A stretch of DNA of 64,000 nucleotides from Kudoa neothunni. Lineage: Eukaryota; Animalia; Cnidaria. The translations under genes were made by a program, and so were the position numbers. This document shows, one piece after another, positions 50,586 to 63,839 of the stretch. How positions within the stretch are numbered: the stretch's first letter is position 1; every line of letters begins with the position of its first letter. The stretch lies in contig OZ199839.1 of NCBI GenBank assembly GCA_964304625.1, positions 9,857,072 through 9,921,071 on the forward strand, given 5' to 3'. Below the pieces are notes generated by a model. It made no database searches. It was not told the origin of the DNA and was given only the letters and a program-made list of their open reading frames with translations.

Positions 50586-51721
50586 TAGGGGTTAGGATCG
50601 ATTCGGTTTTTACCGAAACCGAAACAGATTTTAAAAATCTACTTTTTAATTAATACGGCATTTCCAAATTTAAATGCAACTGTGTAAAACCAAAATACAA
50701 CTTTCTTAGAAATGAATTATTTTAATTATTTATTATTTTTCTCCATATTAGAACATCTTTGAAAATAGGAATCAGCATGGTTTGAATAATTAAGACAGTT
50801 TTGTGAGGTAACTTCTACAAGACTCTCCATAATGGTGTTTAGTAGTTCTCCTTAATTTTTTGGAGATTTATTCGTTACAATCGTTATTAATTGATGAGAA
50901 AACTTCTTGATAGGATTAAGAAATTGCGAATATGGTGGCAAAAATAGAAGCTTATGATTGCTTGTCTGAATTAGTTCTATAAGTAAATTTGTTTTATAAA
51001 ATCTAACATTGTCTATAACAAGCATAATTCTTTCGATTTCTTCATTTTCCAGACTATTGAATAACTCATTGGTGAAAACGAGAAATATATGTTGGTTTAC
51101 AGATCCACATTAAGAATTCAGACTCTCTCAGTTCAGGGCTGAAATTAATGTTATATTGTTAGATTGGACTTTTTAAATTTTTAAAGTCGCATTAATCTTA
51201 AAACTCGTTCTACCAAGTGATTTATTCGTTGAATGGAAAACCCTGATTCACCTACACATAAACGACAGAAATATAAAGTGGTTTATTTTGGAGAAATTTT
51301 AGTACATACATTTGATATAAAAAATATGCTAATTATTGAAAAAATGGATCAGCTTTTATGCTGAATTTTTTAAGTTTGTCTCAATTATACATTTTTAGGA
51401 TGGCATCTTTAATTTCACCATTAATTATAACATTTAACAAAAAAATTTGCGACATAACTCAATTAGTTCTTCCTCCGCTAAGGATGTTTGCATTTTGGTT
51501 TTACCTAGTTGCATTCAGATCTTGAAATACTGTATACTATAGTTTCTATTATTATTTGATGCAGGATTTTAAACGAAGAATGACTAAAATAAGTTTTCAA
51601 TCTATCATATTTTTACATATTTTTTTGCGTGCAAAGGACTTAAAATTGATGGTTGAAAAAATCATTTGCAAAACCAAAAACCGTCTTCAAAATAACCAAA
51701 ACCGAACCGTTCTAATCCTTG
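50586..51721. mobile_element. Degenerate TIR element, probably hAT
   Basis: Inverted ends TAGGGGTTAGGATCGATTCGGTTTT and (revcomp) CAAGGATTAGAACGGTTCGGTTTT with AAACCG subterminal repeats; no convincing TSD. Confidence 0.5.
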
Positions 51722-52673
51722 CTTAAGTTGGCGTTTAAAGATACAATGTGGTTGAGTTCTTACACCTGAAAAATAATTTTCAGACAAAAATTCAATAAAA
51801 TATTGTAATTAAAGGCATTGTTTGGTAATACGCACCTATTTCCCCGAGATTAATCCTAAAATCGCTCTCAGGTACTATTTGATTTGTGTGTAATGGTTGA
51901 CAAAAAACTTCATGATATGATTATAATAGATGAAAGGTGGTAACGTAGGAGCATATGGTTCCAAAAATGAACTATGTTGCGCGTGCCCTACATTTCCCAT
52001 TTAATTTAATTAAACTTAATATATTTTTCAAATATTGATTCATAAGGAACCAATGCTAAAAAAGCTAAATTAAAGAATTACAATTTTCACGAGTCGGGAG
52101 TAGTTAGAGATGCTAAAAACATAGAGCGCATGATTGTTTTTCTTATATAACTGTGTATTTGTAATACAATTACGCCTCGACATAGGAAGGTTTTTGGGGA
52201 ATGCAATTTACCGCGCAATAGCAAGACCCCTTTAAATATCAGGGGCTCCTGTATGCGCACACAATCCTTTATTTCAATTTTTTGACGAATTTGCTATCTA
52301 TTTTAATTTTTTCGCCTTTTAAATATCTTTTTTATAAAAGATCCATAACAGGATGTTGAGAAAGATAGAGAGTAAGGCTGAAGGGTTTTCTAATTGCGTT
52401 GGTCGAAATTTTTAGTTGTTAAATTGAAAATGTTTGTTTTCGAAACGAAAGTCGGGGTCTTCATTAAACACACAAATTTTTAGGTTACTTATATCATAGA
52501 TCTCAGATAAATTATCATGTACAATTTCGGTTTCTTCGATGTCATAAACATCATCAATGTCATCCAAAATAATCGAAACAAACAACTGGTACCCCCAAAG
52601 CGAACTTTTGCCGGAAATTAAAGATTCACGACGTGTGTGCGGCGATAAAAAAACAATAAATACTGTCTTAACC

Positions 52674-55244
52674 CAGGGGTGGGCAATTATATTTTGAAAT
52701 GGGACGGATTATAGTAAAGTCAATATACTTGACCAAATAAATACATAAGATATTATTTCTAGTACTTCAATATTAAAATAAGATAGACTGACATTAGCCA
52801 AATGTGAAAAACCACTTGAATATTATTTTTTAAGCATAAAAAGTTTACATCATAAAATTGGGAAAAATAAATAATAATCAATGAGCTAGGTGTAATTTCC
52901 CACAATTGTTAACTAATTTTTCAAAATTTGGATCTAGGTTGCTTGTATTGATTCTTAGGACAGCCTGGAGGTTTGATTCAGTCAATAGATACTTATTCTT
53001 TGATTTGTTGATAAACATAACGGAAAAAGCTTGTTCACATATATAGGTAGATGCGAACAAAACAAAATGCTTTCTTAAAAAGTTTTTTAGATTGAAAATT
53101 TTTTCTTGGTTCAATGTTCGATAGAAATCATCTAGGCTTTTATTTTCAAATATAGACTTTATCATAATGTCTGATTGTAGATCTATAATTTCAAAATTGT
53201 AATTCATCAGTAGCTTTTTCGAAGTCATATGAAGATGGAGACTTTAACAAGTTGAATTAAAGCTCCATTTTTTTTAAATCTAAAAATTTCCTTCCAAATT
53301 TTTCTTTTAAACTTAGCATTTGCTCACTGTATCTCTTTCATATGTGGCGTTCCAACAATGAGTTTTCAAACAAACTGACTTCCACATACATGTCGTGTGC
53401 GAAAACACCCCTTCCTTGAAGTTTGGAGTTTAAATCATTTAGATTTCCTATGATATCTGTTGCTAAAGCAAAATCACCTATACGTTCATTATCCCTCGTT
53501 TTTTCCGTGAAATTACAATTAATACTCTTATTTTCAAAAAACATTATAATTTCATCTTTAAGTTCCCAAAACCTTCTTAAAACTTTTCCAAGACTTAGCC
53601 ATTGTACATTTGTACGATACGAAACACTAGAATAGCCAGATTCCATATATTCCAAAAAAACTAAGGAATTGCCTGTGATTCAGTCCCTTCGACCTTATTA
53701 TATTCACAGCATTTGTGACCGAATTAACGACATTGTTTAGGTCTAATTTTGATTTGTAGAGACTCTCTTGGTGAATTATACAATGCAAAGAAAGTAGATT
53801 GTGGTGCGGGTAGCTTTGTTTAATCTTTTGACTCATTAGCCTAACAAGGTCGTGATGTCTCCCAATTAATGCATGTGCTCCGTCAGTTAATATACATACA
53901 AATTTATCAAGGCATAATCAAGATTTATCCAAACTATTCATAACACTCTCCTAAACGTCTTGCGCAGCAGTAGTATTTTTAAGATTTTCCATTGATTGAA
54001 GCTTCTCTGTGATGTTAAAATCTTCATCAATGCCACGAATAAAAATAAGCAATTGCGATGTATCGCGTATGTCTGTACATTCGTCTAACGCTAACGAATA
54101 CTATTGGAAGGATTCTGCCATGTCCAATAGCTTTTCTTTTAAGCTGGCAGCAATAGCGTCCACCCTGCGTACAATAGTTCTCCTTGACAGTGGAATTGAT
54201 TCAAATTTTTTTTACTTCAGGACTAACAGTTTCAGCTGTTTCAACCAAACATGATTTTACAAACTCAAAATCAGCGAATGGTTTGTTACACTTTGCAATC
54301 TTCTTTGCTATAGAGAAGCTAGCTTCTGTTGCACAATTTTGTATGCAAGTTGACTTCACAAATGTACTTTGCTGCTGTTTCATTTTATGGGCCATTTCAG
54401 CTTCCTTACTTTTTAGCTCTATTTCAGAAAGATTTTGACCAAAGTTAGTGTGAATCGCTTTGAAATGTCTTTTTAAATTATATTCTTTGAACACGTCACA
54501 GTTATGATGGAAAATGAGACGAATAACTTTTGTATCACTTTCATTTAAAAAATACTTTTCTATCCATTCTTTTTTAAATACATGGTATTCATTATCAATT
54601 TTTCGTTTTGCAGAACTCGTAATTTCGGACGTGGATGCCTCGCAACTGCATTGCTCGCAAGCATGATTTTAAGTTACTCGTGAAATTATTGTGTAAAAAT
54701 GCAGTAGTTAATGTTTACTAATTTGAACGAATTTCTATGAATTTATCTTAAAATTAAGCGGTTCATTATCTTATTGAATTTTTATACTTCTAATTAAACT
54801 TGATTATTCGGTACGGTCTGCTCTCATTTCTTACTGTAGGATAGTTCTTTAAGAAAAGTGACTTCAAAAAATACAATTAAGAGTTTATTTTGTTTTGAAA
54901 TTTGTTTCATTCGTTAATTTGTATGGCGTGGTATGGCTGCAAATCTCACCGTCAATATTCATATGATGAGTCACTCTCAAATAATCCTAATATTCATCCC
55001 ATAATATTATACATTTTCGGAATTCAACTTTTAAGTTTAAAACCACGATTGCTATTAAAGCGTGTTATAAAAAATATGTGAGCTTGGTTTAAAAAAGTTG
55101 AAGAATATTTGTCTTCAACCAAAACCTTCTTAGAGAGAAACTAATTGCAAAATGTATCAAAGACTGGTGAATTAACAAAAAGCTTTCTATCAAACTTTGG
55201 TAGTGTTTTTAAACAATATGGCGGGCCGTAGTTTGCTCTCCCTG
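52674..55244 (-). mobile_element. hAT (SPIN/GTF2IRD2-like) transposon with near-complete frameshifted transposase
   Basis: Fragments FKEYNLKRHF, HCIIHQESL, WLSLGKVLRRF and FASTYICEQAFS over 52878-54610; ends CAGGGGTGGGCAA and GCGGGCCGTAGTTTGCTCTCCCTG. Confidence 0.9.
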
Positions 55245-56601
55245 CATTACTGTATATCCATCCTCTCACTAAAGCTTTGAAGTTCTGCTAAATGTTTTTA
55301 TACATCTTAATTTACAGCCATTAATGTATGGGTCTCTAATTAACGATTCAAATCATTATCATCGATATGTCCAAGCTTATTTGTAATGAAATTTCCATTT
55401 AAAATTAGATTATATCATTATTTTTTCGCTTATTCCACGCAGCTGATTTATGTCCGTTAAGAGAATCCATGGTATTTTCAATTATCAGTATTCAATGGAT
55501 TGAGATTAGTTGAACCCCAAATAATTTCATCTTTAGTGTTAAAAGAATCAGAAATATTAACATCTATAAAGTCACCTAAAATCTCTAAATATTTGAACCT
55601 AAAGTAATCTTAATCGGTTAAAAACTGGCGTATTTGTCCACAGATTCATAAAACTCACCCCTTATTATCGCTTTTTAAAGAGTAACTATCGGTTATTTCT
55701 ATTTTTAGGAAAGTTAATAACATCATTATAAACGGAGAAGAATGTATTACAATAGAAAGTTGTGTTTTAGAAAGTTATAAAATCTGAATTAACATAATTT
55801 CGCATCAAAAATTTTTGGAGAATAGTTTTTGTTTTTCTTACCTAATAGTACTTTAATTAAAATTTTTGTAGATTTTTGTTAGGGCTTCCAGATGGTTCTA
55901 GTTTAACCTAGAATACACTGAAAGTTTCCATAATAACCTATCATCGGCCTAGATGTTTTTAGAACACTCTGGATCTTAAAGACCATTATAAAAACAGCTT
56001 TATAGATTACATATAGTGATATTGATCACAATGGTGTCTTGTCGTAACAATTTCGACGAATAAATGTAATTCTAAGTTCAAAAGAAAATACGTTACACAA
56101 TTTGATTAAAATGAAATTAAATTGGACAAACGCAATCCAAAACCTTTAGTGCTGAAAATAAATCCATATCCTATGTAATTATTGTAACTAATGAAATTAA
56201 ACAATTATTTGATATTAAGGAAATATGATTCTACCTCTTGGAAGTCCAATTAATCTCAAGCTCGCATCACGCATTATTTATTATGCAACCTGTTTCATGT
56301 TAAATATTTTTAAAATAAAATATCTCCAAGGTTTTAGGAAAAAGAATTATAAACTGTAAAATAATTTAAATATTGATGTATAAAAATCAATTTTAAAATT
56401 AAAATAACTTAATTATTTTACTTTTTTAAAACTATCCATGTAGATAAATTTTTAAATTACTAATACACACATCATTTTCAATAAAACACGAAATAACGAA
56501 AACTAGATAAAATGTAAAATTATAAATATCTAAATTCTAATTTAGTCGCATATTTCAGTTTCATGGTGCGTGTTCACGTCGACAAAGATGTAATTTTGCA
56601 T

Positions 56602-57990
56602 CTAATTCGAAGTACTTAAAGGGTTCTTGCAAATAGCCTGGCAGGCTGAGTCGGACGCAAAGTTATTCAAATTCATCTCTTTCCCGTTAAAATAAAATTC
56701 TTTGCATTTTTTTTTGATCACTGCCTGTAGGAGTAGGATCATAGTAATATCTCGTAAATTTGTATTTCTCGTCCTCTTTCCACACACCAACTGTTGATTG
56801 TTTACACGCTTCAACCGCCTTGAGATCACCAAGATGACCAGCTAAATTGGATCAAATAAATAATAAATATTTCATTAGAATGGAGTACTGGCGGGACAAA
56901 AACTCGCACATATCTCTGCGGAACTAAATATATTTTTTGAGCCATCGTCAACTTTAACTGAGGCGCCGGGTGTTTTTTTTGAGTAGAAGGGACGGCATGT
57001 TTTGTCTTTTATGTCAAAATAAAAGTATTCACTAACTTCTGAAAAAGTAGTAATTAGATTATCTGATGGTTCTTGATACGGTTCAGTTGCACTGCAAGCA
57101 GCAACAAAATTCGCTAATTATTACTATTATTGCATGCCTATCATCGAAATTTAATACTTATGCATGTATCTACACATTTTGGTAGTTCGTCAAAAAACCT
57201 CTCTTTGCATCAGCACCAACAGCAGCATATACGCATCTATTTTTATCTTTGTGTAATACAACTCCCATTTTGGGTTGAGCGCTATCTACTTCAGCAGCGA
57301 AAAGACAGTCAAACTTGTTAGGGGTTGCAGTAAGAGTGCTAATGTTGGCACTTGTATCTACACCACCATTTTTTTTTATCTTAATAAAATTAATTTATTT
57401 AATGATATAATATTATAAAAAAATATATTCAAACTTAATTACTGTTACAAGCATTTTTGCATTCTTGTTCAGTCATAAAATTATTGGCGTTTCCTCCGCA
57501 TCCAGTGTATTTAAACATTTGGCATGAGGCTGTAGCACTTTCACCAGTCCCAGTCGTTGAAAAATACCACCTCTCTTGTTGATTCGCCTCGAGCACCGTG
57601 CAAGAGCCTACTGCTTTATCTAATCCACACGCTTTAGACTGCTCTTCGGGTGTGAATTGTACTTATAATAAAATTTTAAAAAAATTTAAATATCATGATT
57701 TACAATGATATTGACAAACGGCTTTCGACACAAAGTTGTTAAAATTTCCTAGAGAACCCAAATACTGGAATTTTTTGCACGTGGCGGTAGCTTTCTCGAC
57801 ATACCATCTATCAACTACAGCTTTTTTTTTCTCCTCCGCAGTCATCCAAGTCGGAGCTTCTCCATGATCTAATTCATAAGAATCCAATGCTCTTTCTATT
57901 TTTCATTTAAATAAAGATAAGACGAAACAATATGAATATACCTAGGGAGGCCGTTCCTAATAAAACAGAGAAAATTAAAGAAAACAACAT
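56602..57990 (-). CDS. Five-Kunitz-domain secreted protein, copy K4 (inverted; homopolymer frameshifts at ~57373, ~57195 and ~56710)
   Basis: Signal peptide MLFSLIFSVLLGTASL; same six exons; all indels lie in A/T runs. Confidence 0.8.
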
Positions 57991-58473
57991 TTCAATAAGT
58001 ATTGTAACAAGCTCTTAAAATTGTATATTTACGATGTTTAAATTAATATTATAAATACCATATTTATAGAACACACACGATTCGATTCATTAAATACGAA
58101 TGTATAGTATCAATAGTGATCATAAGTAAAATAACCATAATGTTGTATTACGAATCAATATTCAATCGGCGAATATTTTTTGTGCTGACGCAGCCTAAAG
58201 GGATAACATTCAACATGAAGAATTAAATATATTTTTATATTGTGATAGTTTTTATTTTGAGTATAATCATAATATTTTAGTATTTCTTTTGTTATTTGAA
58301 TTGTATAAAATTCGAAATTTACCCTATAATAAAACCATCGTAATCTTCTTGCAATAAATGGCATATTTTTATATATATATATATATATATATAGATGCAT
58401 TTACAATCAGTTCCATTATTTAATAAAATAAGAAAAAATTCTACACATAGTATCAAACAAGGTATATAATATA

Positions 58474-60315
58474 CTAGCCATAATATCCGGCTACGCTCGA
58501 GGTGTTGGGAATATCTAATACGGAACAAAAGTGAAATGAAAATGTATAAATTAAATTTCGTAATATAACAAAATTTTACTTAATAATGCAAGTAGTTACT
58601 ATATTTAAGAAGAACCAGAAAAAACCTAGTATAAATAAATTAAAATAATTATAATACTAACAAATGAACCTCATTTCGTTTAAATCTCATCACCATAATT
58701 TGATGCATCCGTGGTTTTAAGAAGCGAACAAATGCAAATAGAAATCGACGTATACGTGAGGTATTACAACGGAATACAACTATAATACAGTTAACACATA
58801 AAGGTGTATAGAATCCGAAATTGAATTCTCACCTCAAATCTATTATAGACCTGTTCAGTTGAATCATACCTATAACAATGTGGTAAATTAAATTTTTAAC
58901 GTGAAATCTGATAAACGCTTCTCAAAGAAATTTTGTCACACGCAAAATCTTGAAAAATGCGGACAAAAAACTTCCAAATACTTCCACCAGCATATTTAAA
59001 AATATAATAACACAATACAAAGCCACTTTTAAAACTAACGCATTCGTTTAATCAGGATTTGTGGTTACTTTAAGATATGAGGTCAGATTGTTCGTGGAAT
59101 TGGATCGTAGTAGCTTTAAGACGACGGCGAAACGACATTTTACAAAATGTATTTCTTGGAACATTTGCATATACAAGCTTATAATTGATCAGAAACACGT
59201 TTTCAGAAAAAGTACGTATTTCTCTAACACCCAATATATGTTTAACTGGCAAAATAGCTATACCTACCATTTTATGTTTGTTTTGGAAATCCACCCAACT
59301 TCTGATCCTATTACAATGAAAGATACTGACGGCATTCTTAAGAAGAAAACAGGGGTTGATATATCACTCCAACTCACGATTAATGGACCCGATAAAGTTA
59401 GATCAGCAGCATGAAATATAAGATTTTTTTTTGTGAAATTAACACAACACACATCAAACAGTAAAAGAAGAACATAAATCGCATAACCTACTGCTACATC
59501 AAAAAATAAATGTCGGGGTGAAGGTTGTTATCAGTTTCACACTCTAAAAATTGAAAAACAAAAGTGTTCCATATAAAGTTTCTACTCTTATCGCTGAATT
59601 GTAATAGAATAGTGTTTGAACATGCTGCAAAGAATTGGAATAATGTTCCACATAACATTGTAGATATATTCCCAAACATGAAATCAAAGAGACATTGTTT
59701 CATATAAATAAATTTGAATGAAATTTATATAAACATTGAATTAAAATAAGCGAGTAAGATCCATAAAGATAAGAAAATGATAGCATAATCAGTTACTGTA
59801 ATACCTCCCTATAAACTATATTTTTGGTGAGACCATTTGGAAGAAAGCGTATAAATTGTGTTTGGAACCTATCCTTGAGAGGGCGACACACAACTGCCCA
59901 TGAGAAAAACACGGTTCCTCCAAGTTTAAACCAGAAACTTTGAAGGTTTGCGCTGGGTCTTATTTATGGACATTGCAAAGCATGGTTTGATGAGAAATAA
60001 CAGTCTTCTAAAATTAAAGGTGTTGTCTGGAGGAATTATCGGAATATTTACACCTCCCCCTCTGGCACAACCTGTTACGATAGTGGCCTCAATAAGATAA
60101 GATATTAACGATTTTACCATTAATCGAGTGCCATTACACAACCTTGGTGAATCCAAATTTCTTAGCAATATAATTGAATTGCCTACCTTTAGGAGAATCT
60201 TGTGCGAAGGGACCTTCGACAGCTCTAGAATCTAGACTGTTGAGGAATTCAACAGGGAAATGGACACATTGCTTTTTGTCCATAACGGTATCATATGATT
60301 TATACGGCTAAATTA
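58474..60315 (-). mobile_element. Helitron remnant with PIF1-type helicase C-terminus
   Basis: LRNLDSPRLCNGTRL, FAMSINKTQ and FSHGQLCVALSR at 59860-60170; minus-strand 3' end hairpin CGAGCGTAGCCGG plus CTAG/T at 58474. Confidence 0.85.
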
Positions 60316-60317
60316 CA

Positions 60318-61300
60318 GTGACCGTGCATCCAATGGGGAAAAATGAAACACCTCGTAAAATGTCAGAAAAATAAATTTTTATTACTTAAAAACCATTATA
60401 TATTTAAATAAAGTCGATAATTCTTTTCCACTATATTTTCTTCGAAACATGAAATCAACAACATAGTTAAGAAGTGTTCCTGGGGTTTTATTTGTGGCGT
60501 TTCTATATTTTCTTTTAAAAGCCCCCATGTAACTCCTATTTTGTTAGTGTGGACCCCCTCAATGGAAACAAACCTTCTTTTATGGATCATGGTACCGTGA
60601 ACAACAAAACCTAGATCCTTCAAACTGTTGTAACCTTTCCGACCATCGGTCCAAATAGTTGACTTTTCCATTACATTCTCAATAATTGTTCTTTCCAGAA
60701 TATCCCTATTTCTTTTTTGTGTTATTTTAAAAAAGAAATTTACGTCTTCGTCTATTCCTCCCACCATCCAATACTGTTGATTCCGAAGAATTCTTCGAAC
60801 GTTGGACTTCATTTTTGATGTGGCGGTCTCATCTATTTGTACTACAACACCCTTCCCGCCTATTTTAGAAAATTCCTCATCTAGTTTAGATGCCAAAAAA
60901 TCTGTAATGACGTTTTTCCAATCATTTATGGTGGGGTTTGAAGAAATTCTAATGTGTTTACGAATATCATCGTACGTCATTGTTGGATGTTGGATTACCG
61001 TTACTATAAAAATAAAAATTTTCCACAAAGGAATTCGAGAAATTTCTAAAATAGTTCCTTTTCGTATCAACGTTTTTTTGTTGCATGAAATACATTTGTA
61101 TTGATAACCATCATCAGCGTCTTTTCTCTTAACTAGAAACATTTGACCGCCACAAAAACATTTTGAATAACTTTTCGTAAGACCCAGATTTTGCATTGTT
61201 TTTATTGTATATTCAAGGTCATCGCGAAAATAACCATAATCCAAGTTTGTAATCTCATCAATATTCTCTAACGTACATTTTTTTTGTTTGAATGCGTCGT
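60318..61300 (-). mobile_element. Merlin (IS1595/ISXO2-like) transposon, 282-aa transposase ORF with a frameshifted end
   Basis: ORF 60396-61244: zinc-ribbon cysteines, IGGKGVVVQIDET, WMVGGID, IWTDGRKGY, GVHTNKIGVTW; it abuts and truncates the Helitron helicase. Confidence 0.88.
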
Positions 61301-61499
61301 GTTAGAAAGAATCGAGACCCCCCAAAATCGCCGATTTACACTCTGTAGAGTCGCCTGGAATATGGTTGATGAATCTAACATTGATTTTTTGTTCACCTAA
61401 TTATTTAAATTGTTTATGTTAAAGTTGACGCAATTTGTGGCTGTTTATGGGCAAAAGTGCGTTACGCTCTTGCCGGGCCAAAGGATATTAATTTGAGAA

Positions 61500-63813
61500 A
61501 TAAAAATTAATTTTCGTCTATTTTCTTCTAACTGTATATTTTTTTCTGTTTATTTGTTTCCCGTGAATAGTGGTGCACAAACTTCTGGAGCCGGGCCCAA
61601 AATAACGTTTAGAGTAACATTTAACGGGATTTAAATAATTCGGGAATGCAAAAAAAATGCGACACTGACAATAAATCATTTGGCGTTGATGCCGGGCCAC
61701 GAAGTTTTAAAATGAACGCCGGGATTAATGCTTTCCTTCACAGATATGATCGTATTTTAAATTTCGCTAATCCAAATCGTTGAAAGTATGCCACTTAAAA
61801 ATACTTAGTTATTTTGCATGTATGGGAATATCTCCTGGAATATGTGAGATAAAAATTTTATTTTATAATTACAATAGGCTATATTTTTCCTAAAAAAATT
61901 TATAAAATTTTCTTAATAATTTTAAATGGAGAATTTATCTATTGAAATCATACTTTAACCATCTCTTATGCATAAAAATCGTACTTTTCTTGAGTTAATA
62001 ACAGTATTCAAAGTTTATTTAAGGTATTCAGTTCAATTAATTCAGATTATCTACCAAATCCTACGTTACAAACTCGAATGAGGCATGCGTACGAGGAAAA
62101 TTTTCACACTTAATTCCGGTGGCTAAAAATAATAGAAAAGACTGGGGCTACCAAAATTCGCCATATTTTTTTAATGAAACGACGTTTTTATCAGTTGGTT
62201 ATTATTATCTTTTTAATGTTTTAATTCTATGCTTTTGGACTTGAAAATAATTTTATCGATTTCTTGAAATACTAGTTTTATTAAATTAACTGAGCGACAA
62301 ATTTTTTAAATCAATAATAAATCAAAATTTTATTTTCAAAAAATTTAATTCAATTCTTGATAATTTTTTTCGGGAGCTCAATAGCAGACACTACTCATTT
62401 TCCTCCTCCTTATAATTTTTATTTTGGATACTTCCTCCATAATAATATTAGATCATTAAAGTGCCAGGCGAATATAATATTTCTGGGAAGTTTCGTTGTT
62501 ACTTATAGTATCATATGACTGTAAATATTTAGTAAACATTATATATTTTCTTTCAATTCTGATGGATTTCAGGTAACAGAACGATATGAAGAATTCTTGC
62601 AGAGTTGAAAATTTTTTAAAAACGCTGTCGATCTTTCATTTGCACAGTTTTTAAAATAATTTTCAGCATAACTTAACCGACGATCCATTCACTTACGATT
62701 AGTTTCCATCTTTTATCAAAATAAATATAGAGATTGTAAAATCCGTGCCCATATAGTTCATCACATATGGAAGCAACATGATCGTTGCTAATACTAAAAA
62801 TTATTTCATCGAAATTTTTCATATTAGATCTCCACTTCTCTGAATTTATTCCATACTTTCCTATTTTATCTTCGCGTTGGAATATTTGACAGAGATGAAA
62901 CCTACATATCAAAAGAGAGCAAACTCAAATGTCATCTTAAGGCACTTTCTAAGGCATTCGTATTTATCTGCTATTATTTTTGTTCATATTTTTGTCTTCA
63001 ACCAAGAGGCAACAACAACTAATTATTTTAATAACCATTTGATCGAGTGTTCAGGTTCGTCACACGATACATGCACTTGTTATGAGTCAAGTTAAACGAA
63101 TCTCGTATAGTCGTTACGAAGAAAGATGCGCTAGAAATAAATATAGATACATCTGACATATTTTAATTTAAACAAAACGTGAGTTAAATAGTACAGTTCT
63201 CAAAAAGGTATTCCCGGAGATTCACATTTTAAATTCACCGCATAGATTCAACGTAACCAAATGGTTTAGCTTATAAAATTATTTAACATTATAATAAAAT
63301 CTATGAGTTTTATGATACGGCTTGGATCAGATGAGAATTAGCGCTCAATGTACAACAATTATTAAAATTGTGAGACAATGCGAGGCATGTAGCCAATGGT
63401 TGGTTCGTGTGTGCAACGTCTAACATGACAATAATCAATTTTATTGTAGACAATAGAACCTAATTCGCTAACATATTGTGTATAAACATTTAATAATGTT
63501 ATTAAACCATGGAAAGTGCGATTTTGGTAAACGAGAGATGGTTAAAGTATGGTTTTAATGGACAAATACTCCATTTAAAATTAAAAAACAAAATTATAAA
63601 ATTTTGTAGGAAAAATATAGCCTATTGTAATTGTGAAATCAAATTTTAAATATCTCACATATTCTAGGAGATATTCCCATCCATGCAAATAGCCAGTCCC
63701 GAGAAGGGATTAATGGATCCATGCAAATAGCTACTGCCTATATTTTTTGAATATTATCAAGAAACGTACCTATGCGAAATCTTCTCCAAACAACGCTGGG
63801 AAGTTCCAACTAG
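61500..63813 (+). mobile_element. Third copy of the non-autonomous Helitron, split by a Mutator insertion
   Basis: 61680-61815 and 63740-63813 match consecutive parts of the 22163 and 28062 copies; ends CAACGCTGGG...CTAG/T. Left limit is approximate. Confidence 0.7.
61815..63739 (-). mobile_element. Mutator-like element with long TIRs and decayed transposase
   Basis: ~155-bp inverted repeats (61815-61970 and 63530-63688); terminus AAATAGCTACTGCC identical to that at 29007; ICRFHLCQIFQRE...YFDKRWK...EW fragment. Confidence 0.82.
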
Positions 63814-63839
63814 TAGTAGAGAGATAAAAACTGTCACAA

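Noticed and set aside
41400-58395. (TA)n tracts at ~41405, ~42968 and ~58370
   Set aside because: Ordinary microsatellites with no associated structure.
60396-61244. Bacterial IS1595 insertion or contamination
   Set aside because: The context is intron-containing eukaryotic DNA with matching AT content; eukaryotic Merlin explains the motifs.
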